DNA of 64,000 nucleotides from Octopus sinensis. Its lineage: Eukaryota. The notes beneath the pieces were generated by a model. The model was not told the origin of the DNA and searched no databases. It worked only from the letters and a program-made list of their open reading frames with translations. The DNA lies in contig NW_021832719.1 of NCBI RefSeq assembly GCF_006345805.1, positions 35,782-99,781 of the forward strand, in the 5' to 3' direction. Positions 36,727 to 49,476 of this stretch are shown piece by piece; the first letter of the stretch is position 1, and the number at the start of each line of letters is the position of its first letter. The position numbers and the translations under genes were made by a program.

Positions 36727-37110
36727 AGGAGTGGCTGTGTGGTAAGTAGCTTGCTAACCAACCACATGGTTCCGGGTTCAGTCCCACTGCATGGCATCTT
36801 GGGCAAGTGTCTCCTGCTATAGCCCCGGGCCGACCAATACCTTGTGAGTGGATTTGGTAGACAGAAACTGAAAGAAGCCTGTCGTATATATATATGTGTA
36901 TGTGTGTCTGTGTTTGTCCCCCTAGCATTGCTTGACAACCGATGCTGGTGTGTTTATGTCCCCGTCACGTAGCAGTTCGGCAAAAGAGACCGATAGAATA
37001 AGTACTGGGCTTACAAAAAGAATAAGTCCTCCCGGGGTCGAGTTGCTCGATTAAAGGCGGTGCTCCAGCATGGCCGCAGTCAAATGACTGAAACAAGTAA
37101 AAGAATAAAA
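36727..37110 (+). mobile_element. SINE family A
   Basis: Full-length match. Confidence 0.9.
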
Positions 37111-37364
37111 GAGGGTTTGGTGTCTCCCGCCCCCTAAGCCCTAGACCATCACCTAATCACCCTTACCCTTCTTGTTGCTTAGCAACAACAACAACAACAT
37201 CAGCTCACCTGCCCTTTTACAGGTTTTGTTTTCAGTCCTGTTCAGTGTCCAGGCCCCTTCCTCCCAAGAGTAACAAGCTACACAAGTGGTGGGAGTGGTG
37301 GGGCTTAATTGGTTTAGTCGCCCAACACTTGACCATGGAACAGGTAGTATTGACTGACATGCTG

Positions 37365-37625
37365 GTGGAAGCACTCCGTCGGATACGACGACGAGGGTTC
37401 CGGTTGATCCGAATCAACGGAACAGCCTGCTCGTGAAATTAACGTGTAAGTGGCTGAGCACTCCACAGACACGTGCACCCTTAACGTAGTTCTCGGGGAT
37501 ATTCAGCGTGACACAGAGAGTGACAAGGCCGGCCCCTTGAAATACAGGTACAACAGAAACAGGAAGTAAGAGTGAGAGAAAGTTGTGGTGAAAGAGTACA
37601 GCAGGGATCACCACCATCCCCTGCC
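37365..37625 (-). mobile_element. SINE family C, 5'-truncated
   Basis: Match to other copies. Confidence 0.85.
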
Positions 37626-37817
37626 GAAACTGACATGCTACCAGTAGAAGGTCTTATCAGCCTGTTTTAAGATCACTGGTCATACTTAAGTGGACACTTA
37701 AGTGTCCACTTGTCCTTAAACATTGCACTTGTGACAAGTATCTCAGATAAACTATTTTAAAGTGGCTTCTCAGAGAAGATGGCATTTTCAGGTCCCATCA
37801 ACATAGAAAAATTACAT

Positions 37818-38969
37818 TTAACCCTTTCGTTACCGTATTTATTTTGAGATACTCTGTGTTTCAATTACTTAAATTATAACAGAATTTAGTAAAATAACTT
37901 AGTTTTTATTAACCCTTTAGCATTTAAACTGGCCATATCCAGCCAAAAGTATTCTGCCTGTTTTATGTTCAAACTGGCCAGATCTGGTCTCTCACACCAG
38001 CCCTACAATGTCATTTTTAAAATTAACAGCTACCTCATCAAAATCTCATAGCACCAATATAATGCCTGATTAGTTCAAGGCAATGTGGATAAAAAGGGAT
38101 TAATTTTGGTAGAATAATGCAAACACTAAAGGGTTAAGCTAGTGTTAGGAACATAAATTGTGACTAAGGTTTGGTGGAAGATTTTAATTCAAAACTTATG
38201 AAAACAAGACATTTATACTACAGAGCCAGAGGTGGTTTCAGCTGGGTTGGTATGAAAAGGGTTAAAATAATCATTTGTTAACCCTTTTGTTACCCTATTT
38301 CTGTTGAGATGCTCTGTGTTTCTTTCAATTAATTTTAAATATAACAAAGAATTTAGTAAAATACTTTCGTTATCATTAAGCTAGTGTTAGGAACATAAAT
38401 TATGACTAAGGTTTAGTGAAAGATTTTAATTCAAAACTTATGAAAACAAGATAATTGTACTACAGAACCAGAGGCAGTTTCAGACAGGCTGGTATGAGAA
38501 GGTTTAAAATAACCATTTGTTAACCCCTTCGTTACTGTATTTATTTTGAGATGCTCTGTTTCTTTCAATTATTTTAAATATAACAAAGAATTTAGTAAAA
38601 TAATTTAATTACCATTAAGCTAGTGTTAGGAACATAAATTGTGACTAAGGTTTGGTGGAAGATTTTAATTCAAAACTCTGTACTACAGAGCCAGAGGCAG
38701 TTTCAGAAGAGTTGGTATGAAAAGGGTTAAATTAATTTGTTAGCCCTTTTGTTACCATATTTCTGTTGAGATGCTTGGTGTTTCTTTCGATTCATTTGAA
38801 ATATAACAAAGAATTTAGTAAAATACTTTCGTTATCATTAAGCTAGTGTTAGGAACATAAATTATGACTAAGGTTTAGTGAAAGATTTTAATTCAAAACT
38901 TATGAAAACAAGACATTTGTACTACAGGGCCAGAGGCGGTTTCTGCCGGATTGGTAACGAAAGGGTTAA
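37818..38969 (-). mobile_element. Cluster of four to five TTAA MITE units with a nested second-family MITE (37909-38137)
   Basis: TTAACCCTTT...AAAGGGTTAA termini; the nested element duplicates the host TTAA (TTAA|GCTAGTG resumes). Confidence 0.8.
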
Positions 38970-39039
38970 TTCAGACTACTTGTATCTTTTTCTGTTCCAT
39001 GTAAAATGGAATTTTGAATTCTTTGTAACAGTTGTCAGC

Positions 39040-39660
39040 ATATTTTGTTCCTTCTCGAGCCATGCCTGGCTCATAAGGGCCGGTTTCCCAGTTTCTTTGG
39101 CATATAGGTTCCCCACCTGGATGGGACGCCGGTCTGTCGCAGGTGAGCTGCAAGATGCAGGAAGAAAGAGTGGGAGAAAGTCGTGGTGAAAGAGTCAGCA
39201 GAAGTTTCGCCATTACCTTCTGCCGGAGCCGCCCGGTGCTTAGGTGTTTCGCTCATAAACACACACATTGTCCGGTCTGAGATTCGAACCCACGATCTCT
39301 CGACTGCGAGTCTGCTGTCCTAACCACTAGGCCATGTGCCTCCACATATATATATATGTTTGTTCCTTCTTGAGCCATCCCTGGCTCATAAGGGCCAGTT
39401 TCCTGGTCTCCTTGGCGTATAGGTTCCCCACTTTGACGGAACGCCGGTCCAATACAGGTGAGCTGCAAGATGCAGGAAGAAAAAGTGAGAGAAAGTTGTG
39501 GCGAAAGAGTCAGCAGAAGTTTTGCCATTACCTTCTGCCGGAGCTGCGTGGAGCTTAGGTGTTTCGCTCATAAACACACACATCGCCCGGTCTGAGATTC
39601 GAACCCGCGATCCCTCGACCGTGAGTCCGCTGCTCTAACCACTAGGCCATGTGCCTCCAC
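39040..39660 (-). mobile_element. Two tandem SINE family D copies
   Basis: Match to 35.2k-36.5k. Confidence 0.85.
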
Positions 39661-40439
39661 GTCGGAAAATAATGGTTTGTGTGTGGTTCAGAAGTATGTT
39701 TCTAAGTCTTGTGTTAGTCTTGGTACCACTGTTTGGTACTTTGAGTAAATGCTTTCGGCTCTCTGCCCCAGCTGACCAATCTTGTCTAAGTGGGTTTGGT
39801 TAGACAGAAGAAAAGGAAAGAAGCCTCTGTATGTGTGTGTGTGTGTGTGTTGGTATGTATGTGTGTATTTGTGTTTTTCTGCCTTAGCATTGCTCTATAG
39901 TTGAGACGATGTGTATGTATGAGGCTGCAGCTGCTGCTGATGACTGTGGAAATGATGGTGACGGTGGTGGTGGTGGTGGTGGTGGTGGCGGCGGCAGTGG
40001 TGGTGCCGGTGGTGGTGGTGATGGATGATGCTGGTGGCGGTGGTGGTGGTGACGGTGGCAGTGTTGTTGGTGGTGGCAGGGAAGTTGCTAGTGATGACAA
40101 TTAGAAGGAGAAAGAACTAGTCCGCATCTCCGTGTCTTCCTGAGAAAATAGTTTTTCCTAACTAAAAACAAGGACAGGAAGTACGATAAAAACCTAAAAA
40201 TGAATGGAATTCTAGGTGTGGTTTGGAGTTTTTGTTTTTTTGCTATTTTATAGTACAAGACAACTTTGCACCAGAAGTTGGTCAGTCAAACAAGTCATTT
40301 GGCCTTTTTCTGTGATGACCCCATTCCCATTAAGCCATCATATCCACTGTGCTGTGTTCTCTCTAACTCCCACCCTCCTGACAACACTGCCATACATGGC
40401 TTGTCCAGCTCTAATAACCCACTCATCTACTTCTTATTT

Positions 40440-40855
40440 GTTTATTGCCCACAAGGGGCCACTCGGTGGAATTTAAACTCAGAACGTAACGGCAGACGAA
40501 ATACCTATTTCTTTACTACCCACAAGGGGCTAAACACAGAGGGAACAAACAAGGACAGACAAAGGGATTAAGTCGATTACATCGACCCCAGTGCGTAACT
40601 GGTACTTTATTTAATCGACCCCGAAAGGATGAAAGGCGAAGTCGACCTTGGCGGAATTTGAACTCAGAACGTAGCGGCTGACGAAATACCTATTTCTTTA
40701 CTACCCACAAGGGGCTAAACACAGAGGGAACAAACAAGGACAGACAAAGGGATTAAGTCGATTACATCGACCCCAGTGCGTAACTGGTACTTAATTTAAT
40801 CGACTCCGAAAGGATGAAAGGCAAAGTCGACTTCGGCGGAATTTGAACTCAGAAA
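40440..40855 (-). mobile_element. SINE B tandem partial copies
   Basis: About 185-bp unit repeated. Confidence 0.8.
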
Positions 40856-40865
40856 GTAGTCTGAA

Positions 40866-41095
40866 TTAACCCTTTTGTTACTAACCCAGCTGAAACTGCC
40901 TCTGGCTCTGTAGTACAAATGTCTTGTTTTGATAAGTTTTGAATTAAAATCTTCCACCAAACCTTAGTCACAATATATGTTCCTAACACTAGCTTAATGA
41001 TAACTATGCTATTTTACTAACTTCTATGTTATATTTAAAATTAATTGAAAGAAACACACAGCATCTCAAAATAAATACAGTAACGAAAGGGTTAA
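40866..41095 (+). mobile_element. Complete TTAA MITE
   Basis: TTAACCCTTTTGTTAC...GTAACGAAAGGGTTAA. Confidence 0.85.
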
Positions 41096-41168
41096 GAGAT
41101 GAGGAATTATGTAAATTTTTTACATTATTTACATTTGATGGATATTTGTCCTCATCTTGTTTGTTGTT

Positions 41169-41214
41169 AACACAACATTTCGGCTGATATACCCTCCAGC
41201 CTTCATCAGGTGTC
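41169..41214 (-). ncRNA. Minimal type I hammerhead ribozyme
   Basis: Reverse complement of 41514-41559. Confidence 0.7.
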
Positions 41215-41283
41215 TTGGGGGAATTTCGAACCTGGGTTCTCATTCCTAAGGTATTTTTCTGTGTTAACATCATCATCATCATC

Positions 41284-41314
<31 letters not shown>

Positions 41315-41341
41315 TCACTGCCTGGTTATTGTTGTTGTTGT

Positions 41342-41390
<49 letters not shown>

Positions 41391-41513
41391 GCATCTGCTG
41401 CTGCTGCTGCTACTACTACTACTATTACTACTACTATTCAGCTCACTGCCTGAATAATAATAACATCGAAAAATACCTTAGGAATGAGATCCCAGATTCG
41501 AAATTTCTCCCAA

Positions 41514-41559
41514 GACACCTGATGAAGGCTGGAGGGTATATCAGCCGAAATGTTGTGTT
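41514..41559 (+). ncRNA. Minimal type I hammerhead ribozyme
   Basis: GACAC-CTGATGA-A-GGCTG(gagggtatat)CAGCC-GAAA-TG-TT-GTGTT. Confidence 0.7.
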
Positions 41560-41804
41560 AACAACAAAGAAGATAAGGACAAATATCCGTCAAATGTAAA
41601 TAATGTACAATGGTTTACTTTTGGCCAGATACTTCTCCTGCAGCTATCTCACTAGGGAGATGGTGTCTGTGGTATTCTTCTCAGGAATAAAACCAAATTG
41701 CATCTCATCCTGATCAATTGAGCTGTAACCCTATCTGAAACTTTCATTATTTGGCCCAGCATACATAGGGGTGGGTGCTGAAAAGTTCCTGGCTTTGGTG
41801 GAGA

Positions 41805-42495
41805 CACTCCGTCGGTTACGACGACAAGGGTTCCGGTTGATCCGATCAACGGAACAGCCTGCTCGTGAAATTAACGTGCAAGTGGCTGAGCACTCCACAG
41901 ACACGTGTACCCTTAATGTAGTTGTCAGGGATATTCAGCGTGACACAGTGTTACAAGGCTGGCCCTTTGAAATACAGGTACAACAGAAACAGGAAGTAAG
42001 AGTGAGAGAAAGTTGTGGTGAAAGAGTACAGCAGGATCACCACCATCCCCTGCCGGAGCCTCGTGGAGCTTTAGGTGTTTTCGCTCAATAAACACTCACA
42101 ACGCCCGGTCTGGGAATCGAAACCGCGAGTCCACTGCCCTAACCACTAGGCCATTGCGCCTCCACAGGTGAAAGAGTACAGCAGGGTTCACCACCATCCC
42201 CTGCCGGAGCCTCGTGGATCTTTAGGTGTTTTCGCTCAATAAACACTCACAACGCCCGGTCTGGGAATCGAAACCGCGATCCTATGACCACGAGTCCGCT
42301 GCCCTAACCACTGGGCCATTGCGCTTCCACAGGTGAAAGAGTACAGCAGGGTTCACCACCATCCCCTGCCGGAGCCTCGTGGAGCTTTTAGGTGTTTTCG
42401 CTCAATAAACACTCACAACGCCCGGTCTGGGAATCGAAACCGCGATCCTATGACCACGAGTCCGCTGCCCTAACCACTGGGCCATTGCGCCTCCA
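41805..42495 (-). mobile_element. SINE C with three tandem heads
   Basis: GGTGAAAGAGTACAGCAGG...CATTGCGCCTCCAC repeated three times. Confidence 0.9.
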
Positions 42496-42719
42496 CTCCT
42501 GGCTTTAAGGGTATAATGAAAGGCCTAGTTGGAGGCCCAACCTTCTGAGTTCTTTTACAGGGCTTAGAAAAATTGAAGGACCACTGCAACAGGTGTGTGA
42601 ACCTGAGAGGGGAATATGATGAATGAAATCATAATTAAATGATCCTTCTGTATTTTCTTTTAACCCAAAACCAGGGAATTTTCAGCGACCCCTCGTGTAA
42701 TATGTGTGTGTGTTTTTAT

Positions 42720-43077
42720 CATTCTTTTATTCGTTTCAGTCTTTTGACTGCGGCCATGCTGGAGCACCGCCTTTTAGTCAAGCAAATCGACCCCAGGACT
42801 TATTCTTTTGTAAGCCCAGTACTTACTCTATCGGTCTCTTTTGCCGAACCACTAAGTTACAGGGACGTAACCACACCAGCATCGGTTGTCAAGCAATGCT
42901 AGGATCGGTCTCTTTTGCTGAACCGCTAAGTGACGGGGACATAAACACACCAGCATCGGTTGTCAAGCAATGCTAGGATCGGTCTCTTTTGCCGAACCGT
43001 GAAGTGACGGGGACGTAAACACACCAGCATCGGTTTTCAAGCGATAGTGGGGGTGGGAGACAAACACAGACACACAA

Positions 43078-43124
<47 letters not shown>

Positions 43125-43280
43125 CAACGGGCTTCTTTCAGTTTCCGTCTACGAAATCCACTCCCAAGGCTTTGGTCGCCCCGAGGCTATGGTAGAATAC
43201 ACTTGGCCAAGGTGCCACGCAGTGGGACTGAACCCGAAACCATGTGGTTGGTAAGCAAGCTACTTACCACACAGCCACTC
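42720..43280 (-). mobile_element. SINE A with an internal ~72-bp triplication
   Basis: ATCGGTCTCTTTTGC...CAAGCAATGCTAGG repeated. Confidence 0.85.
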
Positions 43281-43627
43281 CTCCTCCTCCTCATCATCAT
43301 TATCATCATCATCATTAAATGTCTGTCTTCCATACCATCATGATGGCTCAAGAGGATCTGGAATGCATTAAGCTCCGATATTCTTGTTGGTTGGATTTCT
43401 ATGACCGGATGCCCTTCCCAATGTGACCCCCTCTACAGAGTGTACTGTTAGCTCTGTTTGTAGAATCTGCACCTTGTGAGGTCAGCAGAAAACTTCTGAT
43501 ACAAGAACCCTGTCCCCTACGTATATAGAACGATTGTGTAGTATTACAAGAGGTGGCTTTGTACCAGGTTATGAGACGTTAGCGTGTGATGGAGAGACAG
43601 GAGCAAGGGCCTTGCTGTAGAGTAGAC

Positions 43628-44172
43628 ATATGATGATGATGATGACGACAAGAATGCTGACGATGATGATGATGACATGATTATGACGACAAGAATGCTG
43701 ACGATGATGATGATGATGACATTATGATTATGATGACAAGAATGCTGACGATGATGATGATGATGACAACAAGAATGCTGACGACGATGATGATGATGAT
43801 GACAAAGATGATGATGATGATAACGATAACAGTACGATGATGACGACAAGGATGCTGACAATGATGATGATGATGATGATGACAGTATGATGATGACGAC
43901 AAGGATGCTGACAATGATGATGATGACAATAATGCTGACGACGACGATGATGATAATGATGACAAGGATGCTGACAATGATAATGATGATGATAATAATG
44001 CTGACGATAATGATGATGATGATGATGATGACGACAAGGATGCTGACAATGATAATGATGATGATGATGACAAGGATGCTGACAATGATGATGATGATGA
44101 TGATAACAATATGAGGATGACAATAATGCTGACGATGATGGTGGTGGTGGTGAGATGACGATGATGATGATG
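43628..44172. repeat. (GAT)n microsatellite with CAAGAATGCTGAC sub-repeats
   Basis: Direct inspection. Confidence 0.9.
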
Positions 44173-44257
44173 ATAGATAGATTAATAGAGAGAGTGAGAC
44201 GATGCTTGTTTTCTATTTTTCTAATCCTGAAACCCCTTATTTCTTGTATCCTTTCAG

Positions 44258-44500
44258 GGATTCAGCTGGCTGACAACACTCACCCTGATAATCATACCCA
44301 TATACGCCTTCTTCGCGTTCTACGGAAGCTCCATCTTGTATCTTTGTTGCAAAGATGACAGCGAAGAAGGTGACTACTCGTTGAAAATGGTGGCTTCCAA
44401 AATAGTTCAGCTGCCATATATGGCAATACGGAGATCAAGGGCAAAATCACTTGAAGTACATGGTTTCCGAAAATATTATGATTCCCAGATGTTTTATTAG
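44258..44500 (+). CDS. TMEM179: TMEM179-family protein, terminal coding exon 4
   Basis: CTAAT...TTTCTTGTATCCTTTCAG| acceptor, phase 0; GFSWLTTLTLIIIPIYAFFAFYGSSILYLCC (TM4) + 49-aa tail to TAG; completes an 816-nt frame. Confidence 0.75.
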   Translation, partial: GFSWLTTLTLIIIPIYAFFAFYGSSILYLCCKDDSEEGDYSLKMVASKIVQLPYMAIRRSRAKSLEVHGFRKYYDSQMFY

Positions 44501-44682
44501 AGGACAGTTTGGTTGTATCCCTTGAAGCATTAAAAAGCATTAAAAAGTTAGAGAGTTTTATAATAATCTCCCCTTGATGTCATAGAGAGTTCTTTGATAA
44601 TCTCCCTAGAAACAAGGAACTCTGGAAAATCTTGAAGCATTAAAAATTTCTTTGAAACATTTGAGAGTTTTGCGTTTTATAT

Positions 44683-45224
44683 CCCTTGAGATGTTAGAGA
44701 ATCCTCTAATTTATCTCCCTTGAAATGTTAGAGAATTCTCTGATATATCCCTTGAAATGTTAGAGAATTCTCTGATTTATCCCTTGAAATATTAGAGAAT
44801 TCTCTGATTTATCTCCCTTGAAATGTTAGAGAATTCTCTGATTTATCCCTTGAAATGTTAGAGAATTCTCTGATTTATCTCCCTTGAAATGTTAGAGAAT
44901 TCTCTGATTTATCTCCCTTGAAATGTTAGAGAGTTCTCTGATTTATCCCTTGAAATGTTAGAGAATTCTCTGATTTATCTCCCTTGAAATGTTAGAGAAT
45001 TCTCTGATTTATCCCTTGAAATGTTAGAGAGTTCTCTGATTTATCTCCCTTGAAATGTTAGAGAATTCTCTGATGTATCTCCCTTGAAATGTTAGAGAGT
45101 TCTCTGATTTATCCCTTGAAATGTTAGAGAATTCTCTGATTTATCTCCCTTGAAATGTTAGAGAATTCTCTGATGTATCTCCCTTGAAATGTTAGGGAAT
45201 TCTCTGATTTATCTCCCTTGAAAT
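44683..45224. repeat. 32/34-bp minisatellite, about 16 units
   Basis: CCCTTGAAATGTTAGAGAATTCTCTGATTTAT(CT). Confidence 0.95.
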
Positions 45225-45264
45225 AGTGTTGAATTGTCACTAGAATTAAACTTAAATAGTGACT

Positions 45265-45625
45265 ACTTACTTGTACTTGTGGCGACATTCACCCTGGGCG
45301 AGTTGAGTCAGCTTCTTCTACCACTCTCGAGACATCTCGAACCATGGTAGTGGAAGAAGTTTTTTGTGGGAATTTGAATTTCACAAGCGGTCCCCAACAA
45401 TCCCGCATGTGGAGACATCCTGTTTGCCGCAGACACAGGGACAGAACGACCAAGGAGCCGCCGGTTGCCGAAACAGACACCCCAAGGATTTTCACCAGAG
45501 CCCCGCCCCGTCTGTCACGTTGTGGCCCTAATACCACTTGATGTTAGACCAATCCGCTTTGGGTGGCCCTACCAGGAACTGAAGTTCCCGATGGCATAGC
45601 TACCCGTTGCCAGCGTCCCCACCAT
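45265..45625 (-). mobile_element. Probable RTE-type LINE 3' end (same family as 21400)
   Basis: High similarity to 21400-21770; CAAGTA tail on the minus strand. Confidence 0.6.
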
Positions 45626-45741
45626 CAAAATGTCTACCTCTGTATTCACACTTTTACTGAAGAAATTAGATATATCAATATACATGACTTGACATTTCAT
45701 TAACATTAACTGCTGTATATAAAATCAGTTTTATATACCAA

Positions 45742-45941
45742 CTAGCATTATCGCCCAGCATTGCTCGGGTTTGTTTCGACCCTTTAGAAAATAAAAATTT
45801 TGCATTATGTAGTTTGTTATTCTCTTTAAGTGAACATTTTTCTGGTTGAAATACACCGAAAAATGGCGACACAGCAGTCAAAAAATCATAAAAAATAGGG
45901 ATTTTCATAGAAGAAAAGCACCTTTTTGATGTAAATAATTT
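45742..45941 (-). mobile_element. Helitron 3' half
   Basis: A|CTAG end and hairpin; matches 1760-1979. Confidence 0.75.
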
Positions 45942-46128
45942 ACTACCCACAAGGGGCTAAACACAGAGAGGACAAACAAGGACAGACAAACGGATTAAGT
46001 CGATTACATCGACCCTAAAAGGATGAAAGGCTAAGTCGACCTTGGCAGAATTTGTATTCAGAACGTAACTGCAGACAAAATACGGCTACGCATTTCGCCC
46101 GGCGTGCTAACGTTTCTGCCAGCTCGCC

Positions 46129-47340
46129 GCTGTAAATACCTTGCCAAAACTGACCTCACCTGTGCTTGTGCCATGTAAAAAGCATCCAGTCCACACTGTA
46201 AAGTGGTTGGCATTTGGAAGGGCATCCAGCTGTAAATACCTTGCCAAAACTGACCTCACTTGTGCTAGTGCCACGTAAAAAGCACCCGGTCCATTCTGCT
46301 GAGTGGTTGGTGTTAGGAAGGGCATCCAGCTGTAAATACCTTGCCAAAACTGACCTCACCGTGCTTGTGCCACGTAAAAAAAGCACGGTCCATTCTGCTG
46401 AGTGGTTGGTGTTAGGAAGGGCATCCAGCTGTAATACCTTGCCAAAACTGACCTCACCTGTGCTTGTGCCACGTAAAAAGCACCCGGTCCATTCTGCTGA
46501 GTGGTTGGTGTTAGGAAGGGCATCCAGCTGTAAATACCTTGCCAAAACTGACCTCACCTGTGCTTGTGCCACGTAAAAGGCACCCGGTCCATTCTGCTGA
46601 GTGGTTGGCATTTGGAAGGGCATCCAGCTGTAAATACCTTGCCAAAACTGACCTCACCTGTGCTTGTGCCACGTAAAAAGCACCCGGTCCATTCTGCTGA
46701 GTGGTTGGTGTTAGGATGGGCATCCAGCTGTAAATACCTTGCCAAAACTGACCTCACCTGTGCTTGTGCCACGTAAAAAGCATCCAGTCCACACTGAAGT
46801 GGTCGGCATTTGGAAGGGCATCCAGCTGTAGAAACCTTGCCAAAACTGACCTCACCTGTGCTTGTGTGAGTAAAAAAGCATCCAGTCCACACTGTGAAGT
46901 GGTTGGCATTTGGAAGGACATCCAGCTGTAAAAACCTGGCTAAAACTGACCTCACCTGTGCTTGTGTGAGTAAAAAAGCATCCAGTCCACACTGTAAAGT
47001 GGTTGGCATTTGGAAGGGCATCCAGCTGTAAAAACCTTGCCAAAACTGACCTCACCTGTGCTTGTGTGAGTAAAAAAGCATCCAGTCCACACTGTAAAGT
47101 GGTTGGCATTTGGAAGGGCATCCAGCTGTAAAAACCTGGCTAAAACTGACCTCACCTGTGCTTGTGTGAGTAAAAAAGCATCCAGTCCACACTGTAAAGT
47201 GGTTGGCATTTGGAAGGGCATCCAGCTGTAAAAACCTTGCCAAAACTGACGTCACCTGTGCTTGTGCCATGTAAAAAGCACCCGGTCCATTCTGCTGAGT
47301 GGTTAGTGTTAGGAAGGGCTTCCAGCTGTAAAAATTCTGC
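46129..47340. repeat. About 100-bp tandem repeat x12 derived from the family E tail
   Basis: GCTGTAAATACCTTGCCAAAACTGACCTCACCTGTGCTTG...GGAAGGGCATCCA. Confidence 0.95.
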
Positions 47341-47534
47341 CAAAACAGACACAGGAGTCTGGTGCAGGCTTCTTCCTGGCCGGGTCCTGTCAAACCATCC
47401 AACCCATGTCAGCTTGGAAGGTGGACGTTAAACAACAATGACAACGTGGTCTCCATATTGTATTTGGGAAAAAATCACCATTTTCATTCTCATGTGCAAA
47501 GATCATCATTATCATCATCATTATTAGAAGACAG

Positions 47535-47905
47535 TGGAGGCGCAATGGCCCAGTGGTTAGGGCAGCGGACTCGCGGTTTCCATTCCCAGACCGGGCGTTG
47601 TGAGTGTTTATTGAGCGAAAACACCTAAAAGCTCCACGAGGTTCCGGCAGGGGATGGTGGTGATCCCTGCTGTACTCTTTCACCACAACTTTCTCTCACT
47701 CTTTCTTCCTGTTTCTGTTGTACCTGTATTTCAAAGGGCCGGCCTTGTCACTCTCTGTGTCACACTGAATCTCCTTGAGAACTACGTTAAGGGTGCACGT
47801 ATCTGTGGAGTGCTCAGCCACTTACACGTTAATTTCACGAGCAGGCTGTTCCGTTGATCGGATCAACCGGAACCCTTGTCGTCGTAACTGACGGAGTGCT
47901 TCCCA
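47535..47905 (+). mobile_element. SINE family C, full length
   Basis: Match to 34730. Confidence 0.9.
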
Positions 47906-47954
47906 TCCATTAGAAGACAGACGTTAAACCACAACAACGATGATCATGATCCTT

Positions 47955-48960
47955 TGTGAGCCGCTCTCTGGCTATCTATCTGCGGCTTTATACAGCTATG
48001 GTAAGACCTCACGTGGAATTTGCATCACCGGTCTGGAACCCCTATCTTGCCCAGGATATTAATCGTCAGGAAACCGTTCAGCGACGTGCAACCAAGAGAA
48101 TACCCTCCATCAGGCATTTGCCATATTCTGAACGCCTTACTTCCCTGGGCATGGACACATTGAAACTCTGACGTCTGGCAGCTGACTTGGCAGACACCCA
48201 TAAAATTATCAACCATCTTACAAACAATAACTCTGAGCACCTTTTCAAACTCCACCCGTCTAACACCCATTGACATATTTACAAAGTCAGAAAACAGCAC
48301 AGCTCCCATGACTTTAGGAAACATTTTTTCATGCTGAGAGTTGCTGAAGCATGGAACACACTGCCGGCATCAGTTGTTAGTTGTCGGAGCACTGCATCCT
48401 TCAAAACTTCCACGCTTTCTGAGATTCACCAACACTACACCTGATTTTCTCCCCTCAATACACACGCAACATGTATTTGACTCATACACTGTTCGCTTCC
48501 CAAACATTTGTACATTACTGCATATGCTTTATATGCACTTTTTGACAAGTTGTGGTGCACCTGAGCACTGTATACAATAATTTCATTATTATTATCATTT
48601 AAAAACTCCACCTGTCTAACACCCGTGGACATGTTTACAAAGTCAGATAACAGTACAGCTCCCATGACTTTCGGAAACATTTTTTCACGCTGAGAGTTGC
48701 TGAAGCATGGAGCAAACTGCCGGCATCAGTTGTTAGTTGTCGGAGCACTGCATCCTTCAAAACTTCCATGCTTCCTGACATTCACCAACACTACACCTGA
48801 TTTTCTCTTCCCCTCCATACACACACAAGCATGTATCTGACTCATACACTGTTCACTTCCCAGACATTTGTACATTACTGCATATGCTTTATACGCACTT
48901 TCTGACAAGTTGTGGCGCACCTGAGCACTGTATACAATAATTTCATTATTATTATTATTA
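47955..48960 (+). mobile_element. CR1-type LINE 3' fragment plus a tandem second 3' end
   Basis: LYTAMVRPHVEFASPVWNPYL..VQRRATKRIPSIRHLPYSERL (CR1 RT C-terminus), in-frame stops, (ATT)n tails. Confidence 0.9.
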
Positions 48961-49476
48961 TGATGATGATGATGATGACACAAGCACAAACGAATGGAAA
49001 TGGTGGTTTTTCCCAGATAGAATACGAAGGTCGATGCCAAAATCAGGTTTACTATTGTGGTTGAGAGTATTTCACATCCTTTACATAAAGAATCTTTTGT
49101 TTTGCAACCAGAAAAGGATTTTGGGAATGAAAGAGAAAAAAACTGCAAAGAGATCCGTGTAATTCAGTTAAATGGAGGAAGAGAAATACCACTATGGTTT
49201 TTCCCACAGAAATGGCCTTTTATCTTTCAATGCATAATTTATTTTTTTATGTTTGGTTATTTAATATGTAAGTGGTATTTTGTGTGGGTCTTGTACAAAT
49301 TGAAGAATGGTTGTATACTGTCAATCTAACAAGAACGTGACAGTAGGGGGTACACCACCGTTGTATAGCCCTAGGAGGCATCGAACGCCTCCTGACAGCT
49401 TCGACACATTTTTTCCCTGTGTCCTTATATACATATACGAAGGGGAGACAAACACCCCCGGCCGTCGGAACTGCAT

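Larger units (their letters stand above)
41121..41607. mobile_element. Inverted pair of PLE-type terminal repeats (41121-41259, 41468-41607) around trinucleotide microsatellites
   Basis: About 140-bp arms are reverse complements; each contains a hammerhead. Confidence 0.85.

Noticed and set aside
44683-47340. Regular 32-34-bp and 100-bp repeats resembling CRISPR arrays
   Set aside because: No unique spacers, no cas genes, eukaryotic context; these are tandem minisatellites
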